DNA of 64,000 bases from Octopus sinensis. Taxonomy: Eukaryota. The stretch's first letter is position 1; every line of letters begins with the position of its first letter. This document shows, piece after piece, positions 1 to 10,925 of the stretch. Location: positions 42,222,001-42,286,000 of the forward strand of contig NC_043005.1 in the NCBI RefSeq assembly GCF_006345805.1, given 5' to 3'. The translations under genes and the position numbers were made by a program. The notes under the pieces were generated by a model. That model was not told the origin of the DNA. It saw only the letters and a list, made by a program, of their open reading frames with translations, and made no database searches.

Positions 1-183
1 AAATAATGAAAGCATTTAATTCAATAAAAGTAAACATATGTGTTCGTGTACATTTAGTGTGATATTGTAAAGCATGACCAAAATATATAGGACTAGTACG
101 ATTATATATTTCGCTTCAGGGAACCCCATTAAATATCTTCTTTGCTCCTTACTTCCTTTTTGTCTATTATATTATTATTTCTT

Positions 184-370
184 AAGGTGGCGAGATGGCA
201 GAACCATTGGCACGCCGGGTGAAATGCTTAGCGGCATTTCGTTTGTCTGCACGTTCAGCGTTCGAATTCCACCGAGGTCGACTTTGCCTTTCATCCTTTG
301 GGGTTTGATGAAACAAATACTAGTTAGGCACTGGGGTCGATGAAATCGACTATCCCCCTCTACAAAATTG
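184..370 (+). mobile_element. tRNA-derived SINE, family A (degenerate)
   Basis: A-box-like head GGCGAGATGGCAGAA, B-box-like GTTCGAATTCC, central GACTTTGCCTTTCATCCTTTGGGG block shared with many copies in the window. Confidence 0.8.
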
Positions 371-392
371 CAGGGGAGTATTATTCTTATTA

Positions 393-610
393 AGGCGGCG
401 AGCTGGCAGAATCGTTAGCACGCCGGGCAAAATGCCTACCGACATTTCGTCCGTCCTTACGTTCTGAGTTCAAATTGCGCTGAAGTCGACTTTGCCTTTC
501 ATCCTTTCGGAATCACTGCATTAAGTACCAGTGAAATACTAGCGTCGGTGTAATCGACTAGTCAACTCCCCCTAAATTTCAGACCTTGTACCTTTAGTAG
601 AAAGGATTAT
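393..610 (+). mobile_element. tRNA-derived SINE, family A
   Basis: GGCGGCGAGCTGGCAGAA head, GAGTTCAAATT B-box, GCCTTTCATCCTTTCGG core, tail ...TTTAGTAGAAAGG. Confidence 0.85.
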
Positions 611-651
611 TCTCATTCCTAAGGTATTTTTCAATGTTGTTGTTATTATTA

Positions 652-713
<62 letters not shown>

Positions 714-719
714 AATATT

Positions 720-1277
720 GAGTGAGAGAGCAGTGCAAGCCATCAAAGTGGCACTGGAGTAAAATATACGAAGCCCAGTATACCCATCATGACTACCTGT
801 CTGATAAGGATACGCCAGGCAAATGAATCACAACCACGTGTGCGCGACATGGTGATCTCATATCAAGATAAACAGCACATGACCTTGCAGGTGGGGCCCT
901 GTTAGAATTTTCTTCTGATCGAGTAACCCATCCTGCTCAAAAGGTCCCTGAATAAGGGTTGTTTAAGTGTGTTGAATGAAACACCCATGTTTCCAGAGGT
1001 GAATTATTCAAACCCCAAAGAATCCTTCTCAACACATGGCTATGGTGCTCCCCCACTACTTCTGCTCGTGAATAAAGATGCACATATCGTCAGCCACTAA
1101 GGGACATGGTCAACTGGTAAAGGTCAAACAACTGACAAGCAAATCTGTGGTATTGAGCAGAATATTTTCTGTAGTCCATCTTTTATACGAAGACAAAATA
1201 TTGTACATGATAACACTTCCAGTCAGTTAAGATCAGAATCTATGAGAGCCACTGCCTGGAACTGTTTCAGGGCATTT
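720..1277 (-). mobile_element. ~560 bp non-coding (AAT)n-tailed element, family B, full length
   Basis: Near-identical to copies at 30178, 37133, 37679, 38308 and 51735. Sense strand starts AAATGCCCTG and ends CTCTCTCACTC followed by (AAT)n. No ORF. Confidence 0.85.
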
Positions 1278-1304
1278 ATTTATTTATTTATTTATTTATT
1301 TATT

Positions 1305-1445
1305 TCCCCAAGACACCTGATGAAGGCTGGAGGCTATATCAGCCGAAACGTTGTGTTAACAACAAAAAAGATGAGGGCAAATATCCGTCACATGTAAATA
1401 ATGTAAATAATATACATAATTCTTCATCTCTTATATATAGAACTG
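1305..1445 (+). mobile_element. Short Penelope-like (PLE) non-autonomous element, family P1, with hammerhead
   Basis: Homologous to 6286-6457 and 57205-57357. Contains CTGATGA...GAAAC hammerhead core and GTAAATAAT-rich tail. PLE assignment is inferred from the known PLE-hammerhead association. Confidence 0.7.
1313..1356 (+). ncRNA. Minimal type I hammerhead ribozyme fold
   Basis: ACAC-CTGATGA-A-GGCTG-loop-CAGCC-GAA-ACGT-T-GTGT: stem I ACAC/GTGT, stem II GGCTG/CAGCC, palindromic stem III ACGT. Confidence 0.7.
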
Positions 1446-1710
1446 AAGTCTCATTGGTACTGATGTATCTTCCTCTGTCATACTGGTCATCTTCGTCATT
1501 TTTATTTATCTGCTGACTGCAATTCTGCATAAGAGTGTATGTTGCAGCAGCTAAACCTTTGTTTATATATTTGCAAACATACTTAATTGAATTAACAGAG
1601 TCACAGAAGTTAACATTGACTCTGGTTACCTGTACTTGCCTTTGCTTCAACTGTAGAATAGTAATCATCAACATCTATCCCGTCTCCTCTGGTAGAGAGT
1701 GAGAATATTG
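1445..1710 (-). pseudogene. Helitron Rep/helicase fragment
   Basis: Translation VNVNFCDSVNSIKYVCKYINKG...DEDDQYDRGRYISTNE matches my recollection of the Helitron HINVE-C-S-KSIKY-FKY-NKG...RYIS--EA motif. LYQRR lies upstream. Confidence 0.75.
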
Positions 1711-2114
1711 TTCTCGGAAACTTTTTCGAAAATTAAAATGGGGATTAAATGAAAAAATGAGTTGTGTGAGTGATTGAAATAAATGACGATTGTGGAACGC
1801 CGCACGCATGCGCGTGCACACATACATACTCATGCATACAGATTCAAACATCAGATGGAATGGATATGTGTGTGTATGAGAGAGAGAGAGAGCTAGTGAA
1901 GGGGTGTGTTGTCTTTTATACGTACATACATAAATAAATATGTATACATCTTTTTTTGTATGCGTGTGTGCGTGTGTAAGAGAGAGAGTCCCACTTGGAC
2001 ATCTCTCTCTTACACTTACACAGACACCCGTACACACATACAAGTAAGATGCATGCATATGTATTTATGTATTACGTATACATGAGAACACATTCCTTCA
2101 CTCTCTTCCTCTGC

Positions 2115-2165
<51 letters not shown>

Positions 2166-3063
2166 GCGCGCGTATTCACAAACACACACATACGTAAATG
2201 TATACAAATGTACATGCAAAAACACGAGTGTGCATTTGTGACTGACAGCAAATACACGGAGCTGAACACGGCGCATAAAAAGTAAATAAATAAAAACTTT
2301 TAACGGAAATTAACGAAGTATGCGATTTCAAACGAAATTGGTGAACTTAGTAAATAATTCTTTCGGTAATTTATCGTAGTTGTTTGCAAATAACGAATTA
2401 AAACTTGAAATGAAAACATTAAAATAGAGAGTAAGAGGTTTTACAAATGAAAACGGAAAAGTTTGCCGTTGCTACGTCAATAGAGGAAGTTGACATTGAG
2501 AAACCTTTTTAAAGAAGTAATATAAAGCAATATTATGCATTTTCAATGAAAATAAAATATACTGATGAGCCTGTTATGTATCTGAGGTCTAATTATTCAG
2601 GCATCCCAAGTAGGGAGGCAATGAGATCGTCATGACTTTAATGCTTTCGATCATAGATTTGTTTGTTTAAGGTTGACCTGGGGCAATATAAAAACAGTGT
2701 CATCTTTTGAGACAGACAACTTAAAATGTAACGCTGTATTTAGAAAATGACGAATATATGGCATAATAGAAAGAATAAATATAGTAGAGGACAAATAAAT
2801 TAAGCATTTCTATCACCGGGCAGTCCGATCATGTCTTAACAATCCAAAACTTTGAAGTCACTGTCAGTACTATACTTGTTAAAGAATAATGTGTACTCTA
2901 CAAAAAGTATTGAATATTCTTTTACTTTAAATAAAGAGAATATTCCTTTGGCTTGGCTAATAAGAAAAACAATCTGTTATTTCTAAATTACTTGTCTTTT
3001 AACAGGTTTTCATGCACTTCTCGTAGAATTAATAATTTCACAAGTTCTTCCTTTAAAAGCTAC

Positions 3064-3141
3064 CGCCTCCATCAGCTTCTTTGTCTGAACATAAATATAT
3101 TGAAATGATTCGATCATCGATTACTGTTTCTTCCTGGTTCC
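3064..3141 (-). CDS. Candidate internal exon of an unidentified gene (phase 1-1)
   Basis: Acceptor ccgttgttttatccag, only one open frame (NQEETVIDDRIISIYLCSDKEADGG), weak donor GTAGCT, repeat-poor context. Confidence 0.35.
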
Positions 3142-3629
3142 CTGGATAAAACAACGGTTTTCTTACACAAAACAAATATCTTGTATACTCGTTAATTCAC
3201 TGGCACATACCTCTACTGCACTTTTTCATGCTATTTCCATATTAAACTAATATGATTACTATTTAATTACTGTTAATCTATCAGAACAAGAATGCTTTTG
3301 CACAGTTTCAGAGATTCCTATTTAAAAATAATCCTATTTAAAAAATAATCGCATTTTACAATAATCTCGATGAGACCCCAAACATTAAAATGAAGACATC
3401 AAGCTGTAAATACTAAATTTTAAATCCCTTAATGTTGTGTTTTTTGCTGAACATTTCCCTCATTATGACACATCCTTACACATCTTAATTAAGAAAGTAA
3501 TTCCAAGTTATATAAGCTACAAATATTTCAGGTAAAATATATGGTAAATTAAAAAGGTCTGCGATTTTAGATTTACAATATGCACCCACACTCACCCGCA
3601 CGCGTATACACTAACACACAGATACGTCG

Positions 3630-3832
3630 TGGCGATCTGGCAGAATTGTTACCGTGCCGGTGAAAATGCTCAGCGGCATTTCTTCCTAATTTACGTTCTG
3701 AGTTCAAATACCACTGAGGTCCACTTTGCTTTTCGAGGTCGATAAAACAAGTACCGGTTGCGCAGTGGGGTCGATGTAATCCACTTGCAGCCTCTCTCAC
3801 AATTGTTAGCTTTGCGCTAAAATTTGAAATCA
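3630..3832 (+). mobile_element. tRNA-derived SINE, family A
   Basis: GGCGATCTGGCAGAA head, GAGTTCAAAT B-box, TGGGGTCGATGTAAT block, tail AAAATTTGAAATC. Confidence 0.8.
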
Positions 3833-4309
3833 ATATGCGTATGCTCGTGTGTCACTGTCTGTATTTGTATGTGTGTATAACTACGTGACTGTGCATGAAA
3901 ATCACGGAACAAGTATAGCTCTTCACAGACTTGATTAGTTGCTCCCATTCTTGTTCACCACTCGGAAGTATTTATCTAATATCCTAGTTGGTATTTGTTT
4001 GACTACTTTGAGGACATTTTTTTGGCTCTTTTCCTTATATTAACATGAGACGATAAACCATATTTTCATAATCTGAATTTCCTTTTTTAATATCCAGTAT
4101 TCTTTTCTTTATCTGACTGGTGATGGCCACACATTTACTAACACGTTTACACATGACACAGCTGCATTAATTCCTCACACCAATTACATTTTGGAGTTCC
4201 ATTTTATAAATACTTTACAGAACTCGGCTCGACTTGTCGCCCAGGAGAACCCAAGAATATACTGACAAATGGCAACTCGCTGCAAAGGCACAGATACCCC
4301 ACACCTGAC

Positions 4310-4392
4310 CTGATGCAGTTATTTTAATAAACTTTGAAAGTTGATCATTAGTTACTTTATCGATTCTGGATAAATGTTGACCTAGATGGAAT
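4310..4392 (-). CDS. Candidate internal exon (phase 2-1), compatible with 3064-3141
   Basis: Acceptor tttactttctaatttcag, donor TCAG/gtcagg, open frame FHLGQHLSRIDKVTNDQLSKFIKITAS. Confidence 0.35.
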
Positions 4393-4637
4393 CTGAAATT
4401 AGAAAGTAAAGCATCTCTACCGAAAGACTGCTGTTTGTCCAATATTCTAATTTATGTACTTATATCCATAGTACATAATATAAAACTTTTAATGCACAGC
4501 CGAAAAATATATTTAATTCGTAACGATAAATATTTTTGTGCCGTCGAAAGAGAAAGTAGCTAACATTTCTCTGAAGAAGAAAAGAAACCTGCTTGAAATC
4601 TTGCATATACTCCCGACACACCAACACATTCTACTTT

Positions 4638-4700
<63 letters not shown>

Positions 4701-5497
4701 GTATGTATATGAATATATATATATATATATATATAATATGTGTGTGTGTATGTGTGTATCTGTCAATTTATCTATCTATCTATTTGTCTCAGTCTCTGAC
4801 TGTCTCTCTATCTCCGATTGTCTCTCTCTCTGCGTCTCTATTGACAAAAAGTAATGCATTGAGCTTATGTGATAGCTTTTGCTTCTCCTCATCAATACAA
4901 ATAAGAAAGTGGTGGATTTTTTTCAATACCAACGCAGGTGATTTGACGACAACTTTGTACTCAGTCGCCTACGTTTCAAACATAAAATTGTGATCAATGT
5001 CGCGTTACATTCTATCTTCCAGCTTTGGTTGATTCAGACGACTGTTCCTTACTTATCCTTCTGCATCAAAAGAAAAGATCAATATATATTTTCAATTTAA
5101 GATATTGCCCCCACAAATATAAAACAATACATTTAGAAGTTATGTCTTGACATCAAACAACCGTAAATATGCGAAGGTTTCAATGTCAATAGAAGGAAAG
5201 AGGGACTGATAGAAAATGGGAAAAAAAGAAGAAAAAGGTGTGTTTTTTTTCCTGTCCGGGAGTTCTTTGATTATTTCATTTAAGGTAAACAGAGTCCAGT
5301 GATAAACTAAACACACATTCAATTGTAGCATTATTCAATAAAAAGTCCGACAGGTCAATGTCGCAAACAAACTCTACTAGACCAATGAAATTACAATTTT
5401 CACATCAAGAAATCAATCTAAAATTACTGACCTTTACACAAAGCTGCAAGTCAGAAAGTTTTTTCTAAAATGTTTATAGAAATCAACATCTTTTGCT

Positions 5498-5550
5498 AAG
5501 CCAATTGGTCATAAGGGCGGAGGATCGATCTATTGATTGCCTTTCAGTGG
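5498..5550 (+). promoter_or_regulatory. Putative Pol II core promoter (CCAAT, GC box, Inr-like TCAGT)
   Basis: GCCAATTGG near 5500, GGGCGGAG near 5516, TCAGT at 5544-5548, then a GTAAGT donor at 5564. Confidence 0.45.
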
Positions 5551-5665
5551 CTGATCAAACCTTGTAAGTCAGTCTCGCGGAAGGATGGCGCTGTTTGGGT
5601 AACTGACCGAATCTAAAGGAATTTTTTTGTGTTTCGTTTTTTCATTCAGGTGATTAATCTTGTGC

Positions 5666-5733
5666 ATGGCACTGTTTCAGCGGAGAAAAACTACAGTGAT
5701 GGCCGAGAAAACAAAAGACATTAAAGAACAGAG
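5666..5733 (+). CDS. Candidate first coding exon portion (MALFQRRKTTVMAEKTKDIKEQ), protein unidentified
   Basis: 86 bp intron 5564-5649 (GTAAGT...CTGAC...ttttttcattcag). Exon 5650-5733 has two in-frame ATGs (5666, 5699) and donor GAG/gtaatt. Confidence 0.45.
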
Positions 5734-5989
5734 GTAATTCTATACACATACACAGAAGAATGGAAAATGTTTCACTGTATATATACACACATTGAACAAT
5801 TGAAGATGTCTTCTACATACACACATTAAAACTTACCTGGCAAATATAACCAAAGAAAACAATAAAATATTGTTTTAACTGTAATTCACTTTCTTTATCT
5901 TTCAATAATCATTCCTCTCCATTCTCATGATACTGTCAGATGTACACAAACATGTTTGTATAATACATAGTCATATATATGTATATATA

Positions 5990-6040
<51 letters not shown>

Positions 6041-6285
6041 ACAGTCTGTGTCGTGTGCACATATGTTTATGTATGTTTCGTTCAGTGTATACGTGGGTAC
6101 CATCGTATAAGCTATCCACAGAAACATATGAGCTTCAACATAATTTTATATATAAACACAATGAAACGTGACCACTTGAAGTCACTTGAGTATGCGTATA
6201 ATATATACACACGGACGGTGAGTCTTTTTTTATTGATTTCTTCCTGTTGTTAATGTAAATAAGAATGAAACGAGTATATCATTTC

Positions 6286-6476
6286 AGTTCTAGATTTAAG
6301 AGATGAGAAATTATGTACATTTTTCACATTATTTACATTATTTACATTTGAAGGATATTTGTCCTCACCTTGTTTGTTGTTATACCCTCCAAGCGTTCAT
6401 CAGGTGTCTTGGGGAAATTTCGAACCTGGGCTCTCATTCCCAAAGTATTTTTCAATGTTGTTATTATTATTATAAC

Positions 6477-6549
<73 letters not shown>

Positions 6550-6610
6550 ACAACAAACACGATGAGGACAAATATCCGTTAAATTTAAATAATGTAAATA
6601 ATGAGTATAT
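6286..6610 (-). mobile_element. PLE family P1 copy (hammerhead partly deleted), then (ATT)n and an inverted partial copy
   Basis: 6286-6457 is the reverse complement of P1 lacking the CAGCCGAAACG segment. 6550-6605 is a + strand copy of the P1 tail. Confidence 0.7.
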
Positions 6611-6694
6611 CATTTGTTGGACTTAACGAAATGTATTTCAAGCCATATTCTGCTATATTATCCAAAGCTGTATTTTGGTATCTTCATATATCTA

Positions 6695-6810
<116 letters not shown>

Positions 6811-7346
6811 TGTATGTATGTATGCATACTTTCATTGAAGCTGCAAAATTATCTCAAAACTGTTATTCAGAGTTATTCTGAGTAACAGTCTTGAGATAAT
6901 TTTCCAGCTTTAACATGAGCCTTTGATAAGAAAATACTATTTTTTAACCCTGATTTGTGCTTATATATATTGATTTCTTTTTCGATGGCCCGATAACTGA
7001 AGAGATGCTGGCGTGGGTTTCCACCCCGACATCCGAAATTCGGAGTTTTATCATAGCTATCGAATAATTGTCACATATTATATATACAGATGTGTGTGCG
7101 TGTGTGTGTGTATTTGAAGAGTCAGAAACCGGTCCTGCATTATCCGATTCCGGGTTGTCCATTTATCGAATGTTCTTTCTAAAGGTAAGACAAATGTTTC
7201 ATGTTTGTTGCACACACACGTCTTTGCCAGTATATACGCAGTGAAGCTTTACCGTAGTGTCCTATTTGCATCGAATGCTATTTTCCAGCAAATATTGGTG
7301 CGCTATCGTACCACTCGTCTGTATTTATATGTATACATACATGCAT

Positions 7347-7428
<82 letters not shown>

Positions 7429-7891
7429 CACACACATATATGAGCAGGGGAAATATAAAAAAAAACAGTACCCGTAATTTCTTATTCTCGGTTACCACCA
7501 ACAAATGAAAAGTCGATATGTAAATAAGCTTTCATCTCACAAAACTCAACATCATTTGAAAGTCCAGAGAACTAAGCAGAAATACCGGGGTTTGGAATAT
7601 TCGGAATTTAATACTTCATTGCAACAGCTCTTACGAGTGATTATCGAAATACCACCATTTCAATAACATACAATACTATTTCAGTGCATTACACGACACA
7701 GATGAATATAAAACATATGCACGTATACAAAGTATATAAAACTGCGCAAAGTTGACACACAAGTTCGTGAAGCGTTCTATGTTCCGGGTTGAATCCCATC
7801 GCGTGGCACCGTAGGAAAATGTTCTCTATTATAGCCGTTTGAGTGGATTTGGTAGATGAAAATTGAAAGAAGTCTGTCGAATATTTATTTA

Positions 7892-7936
<45 letters not shown>

Positions 7937-8624
7937 CAAACTAAAAGGGTGACTTATTAGCAGTTAGATCCTAAAGGCAAAATTAATAGAGGTTACAAAA
8001 GTTCTTGTAAGATTGGCAAGGGAAGTTGAGTTCAACACTAGGCGTTAAGAGCCGGTGATGAGAATTAAGGTTGTCTACAAAATTCGAAATCGCGCTACAG
8101 CTCTGTACGCTAGGGGCTTGCCTCCCTTCGTTAAGGATTCCATTGGTTATTTACAGGAATAGAAGGGAGAAGAGAACTGGTTCCTTTGTAAGTCAGTGTC
8201 CTGGTGGGCTGAAAGAATGATCTTGTAGACCCTTAAGGTGGACCCTTAACGTAATTCTCAGGCAATATCAGCATGACACAATATGTGAAATGGCTGTACC
8301 TTGTGAATTACAGCTACAATCCACCCGACGGGCTTCTATACAATTTCCTTCAACCCTGCTTCAGTTATAAGGTGTGAGTCGACCCATTTTCCGGGTACCA
8401 CGAAATAGGATCAAACTTTGATATAGTAGTCGTAAAGCAAACTGCTTGAACATTTCGCCATACTACGCCTTTACTTGTATGTGTAGGCGGTGGAAATAAG
8501 GAAGAAATGCACACTGATTAACAGAAAGGATGAAAGACAACCAGATAAAACAAATTTAGCATCTTTCAGGGTTCAGAAAAGTTTGATATCTCTCATCTGG
8601 ATTGAAACAAAAAAAATACTCTTT

Positions 8625-8833
8625 TACTCTTTATTTTACTCTTTTACTTGTTTCAGTCATTTGACTGCGGCCATACTGGAGCACCGCCTTTAATCGAGCA
8701 AATCGACCCCAGGACTTATTCTTTGGAAGCCTGGTACTTATTCTATCGTTCTCTTTTGCCGAAACGCTAAATTACGGGGACGTAAACACACCACCATGTT
8801 GGGGGACAAAGACATACAAATATATACACACAT

Positions 8834-8904
<71 letters not shown>

Positions 8905-9072
8905 TACGACGGGCTTCTTTCAGTTTCCGTCTGCCAAATCCACTCACAAGGCTTTGGTCGGCCTGAGGCTATAGTAGAAGTCACTTGCCCAAGGTGCCAC
9001 GCAATGGGAATGAACCCGGAACCATGTGGTTGGTAAGCAAGCTACTTACCACACAGCCACCCCTGCACCTAT
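8625..9072 (-). mobile_element. tRNA-derived CORE-like SINE with internal (TA/CA)n, family O
   Basis: Head GGTGCAGGGGTGGCTGTGTGG...GGTTCCGGGTTCATTCCC, CORE-like GGCACCTTGGGCAAGTG. Shared with copies at 34085, 46870, 57712 and 63240. Confidence 0.85.
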
Positions 9073-9254
9073 ACTGTGACAAATTGATAAATTTTACAGC
9101 TATAAAAAAAAGATAGCAAGACGCACACTTTATCAGATACAAACATCGAGAACAAACTGATACACAGTTTTAAGACAGACTGAGAAAATTTTAGCATCGA
9201 GGGAAATTGAGAAAAGAGTCTCAGCTGAGTGCAACTTAAACATTGAAAAATATT

Positions 9255-9690
9255 AGTTTCAAATTTTTACTCAAGACCAGCAGTTTGGGGGAATAGGGTA
9301 AGTCGATTATATCGACGCTATTGCTCAACTGGTATTTATTTTATCGATCCCGAATATATCAAAGGCAACGTCGACCTCGGTGGAATTTGAATTGAGAACG
9401 TAAAGATGAGCGAAATGCCGCTAAGAATTTTGTCCGGCATGCTAACGAATCTGCCAGTCCGCAGACTTGAACATAGAGATGTATTGGTTTTAAATTCTGG
9501 CATGTGACCAGCAATTTCAGGGGAACGGATAATTCGATTACATCGACCCAAATACTCAACCGGTGGATATTTAATCGATCGCGAAAGGATGAAAGGTAAA
9601 GTCGATCTCTATGGAATTTGAATTTGAATTCAGAATGTAGAGACCGACGAAATGCTGCCTAACGTGCTAACGAGTTTCCCCAGCTCGCCG
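9255..9690 (-). mobile_element. Two adjacent degenerate family A SINEs
   Basis: Two reverse-strand heads (ending near 9460 and 9690), each with the B-box and core blocks. Confidence 0.75.
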
Positions 9691-10539
9691 ATTTGAACAT
9701 AAGGGAAATATTGAACAAGTGTTATGAGTGCAACGCACGCACGCAAGATATAAAAAAAAGCTGATAGAAAGAATAGGAGGGGTCTCAGGAAGAGTAGGCA
9801 GAATGGAAAGGAAAGGCGATTACAGACTGGTAGCTGTAGTGAGAGAAAGCGAGAGACAAGAATGGGACCGAGCGAGCGAATGTTAGTGAGAAAAGAAAAG
9901 AAGCAAAATAGATCGAAGCAAAGGAAACAAATCAGATGAAACTTATGAATGCGTTCGGTGGAAATGAAACTCATAATAATGAAGGACGCGTACATCAATT
10001 AATGGAAGAAAGGACATAACGAAATACGAGTAAAAATATTTCATCGCTGTTAGATGTTGATTGAACTCGAAAATTACTTTGCATAATTCTACTGTTAAAC
10101 TTAGAGATCAACATTGTAAAGTGCACATTAGCCAATTATTTTCTTTGAGAACTTTTTTTTTATAAGATTGCCAAGTGCACCAATTTTTTAATTTTTTACA
10201 GTATACCCAAGTACAATAATTATTATGGAATTAGATGTGAATTTATAATCTGAATAGAGACTTTCGTTTCGAATGAATTGTCCGTTAAGAGTTTTTCTCA
10301 GATTTCGGAAGAAATGCTCACATCAGTAGGGCAACTAGTCACTAATAACTAAGCATTTTTATTTTTTTGATTGTCCAAAGAATTATGCCATGCCTATTAC
10401 GTTTGCACTTGACGTGAGTTTAGGTGAGATTCCTCTTTCTATACTCTTCGCGATGATACGTATGGATGTATTCCCTATGATTATTCTAAAACAATATTTG
10501 CTGGCAGTGGCTTTATATATTGTTTTAATAATCTTTCCT

Positions 10540-10925
10540 ACACTCGGCACAAGGCCCGAAATTTTGGGGCAGGCGGCCAATTGATTAGATCGACCCCAGT
10601 ACGCAACTAGTACTTAATTTATTGACCTCCGAAAGAATGAAAGGCAAACTCGAACTCAGCGTAATTTGAACTCAGAACGTAGCAACAGACGAAATACCTA
10701 TTTCTTTACTACCCACAAGGGGATAAACACAGAGGGAGAAAACAAGGACAGACAAAGGGATTAAGTCGATTACATCGACCCCAGTGCATAACTGGTACTT
10801 AATTTATTGACCCCGAAAGGATAAAATGCTAGTCGACCTCGGCGGAATTTGAACTCAGAACGTAACGGCAGACGAAATACCGCTAAGCATTTCGCCCGGC
10901 GTGCTAACTTTTCTGCCAGCTCGCC
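10540..10925 (-). mobile_element. Family A SINE dimer
   Basis: Full monomer whose tail AAAGAAATAG joins GTATTTCGTCTG of a second, head-less monomer (junction near 10697). Confidence 0.85.

Noticed and set aside
1200-1277. Possible HDV-like or hammerhead ribozyme at the 5' end of family B
   Set aside because: CTGATGC lacks the hammerhead core, and I could not form P1/P1.1 of an HDV fold. It is left as an experimental question only.
5839-5880. Minus-strand 42 bp segment with a strong CCAG/gtaagt donor
   Set aside because: The acceptor is poor, two frames are open, and it conflicts with the better-supported plus-strand model.
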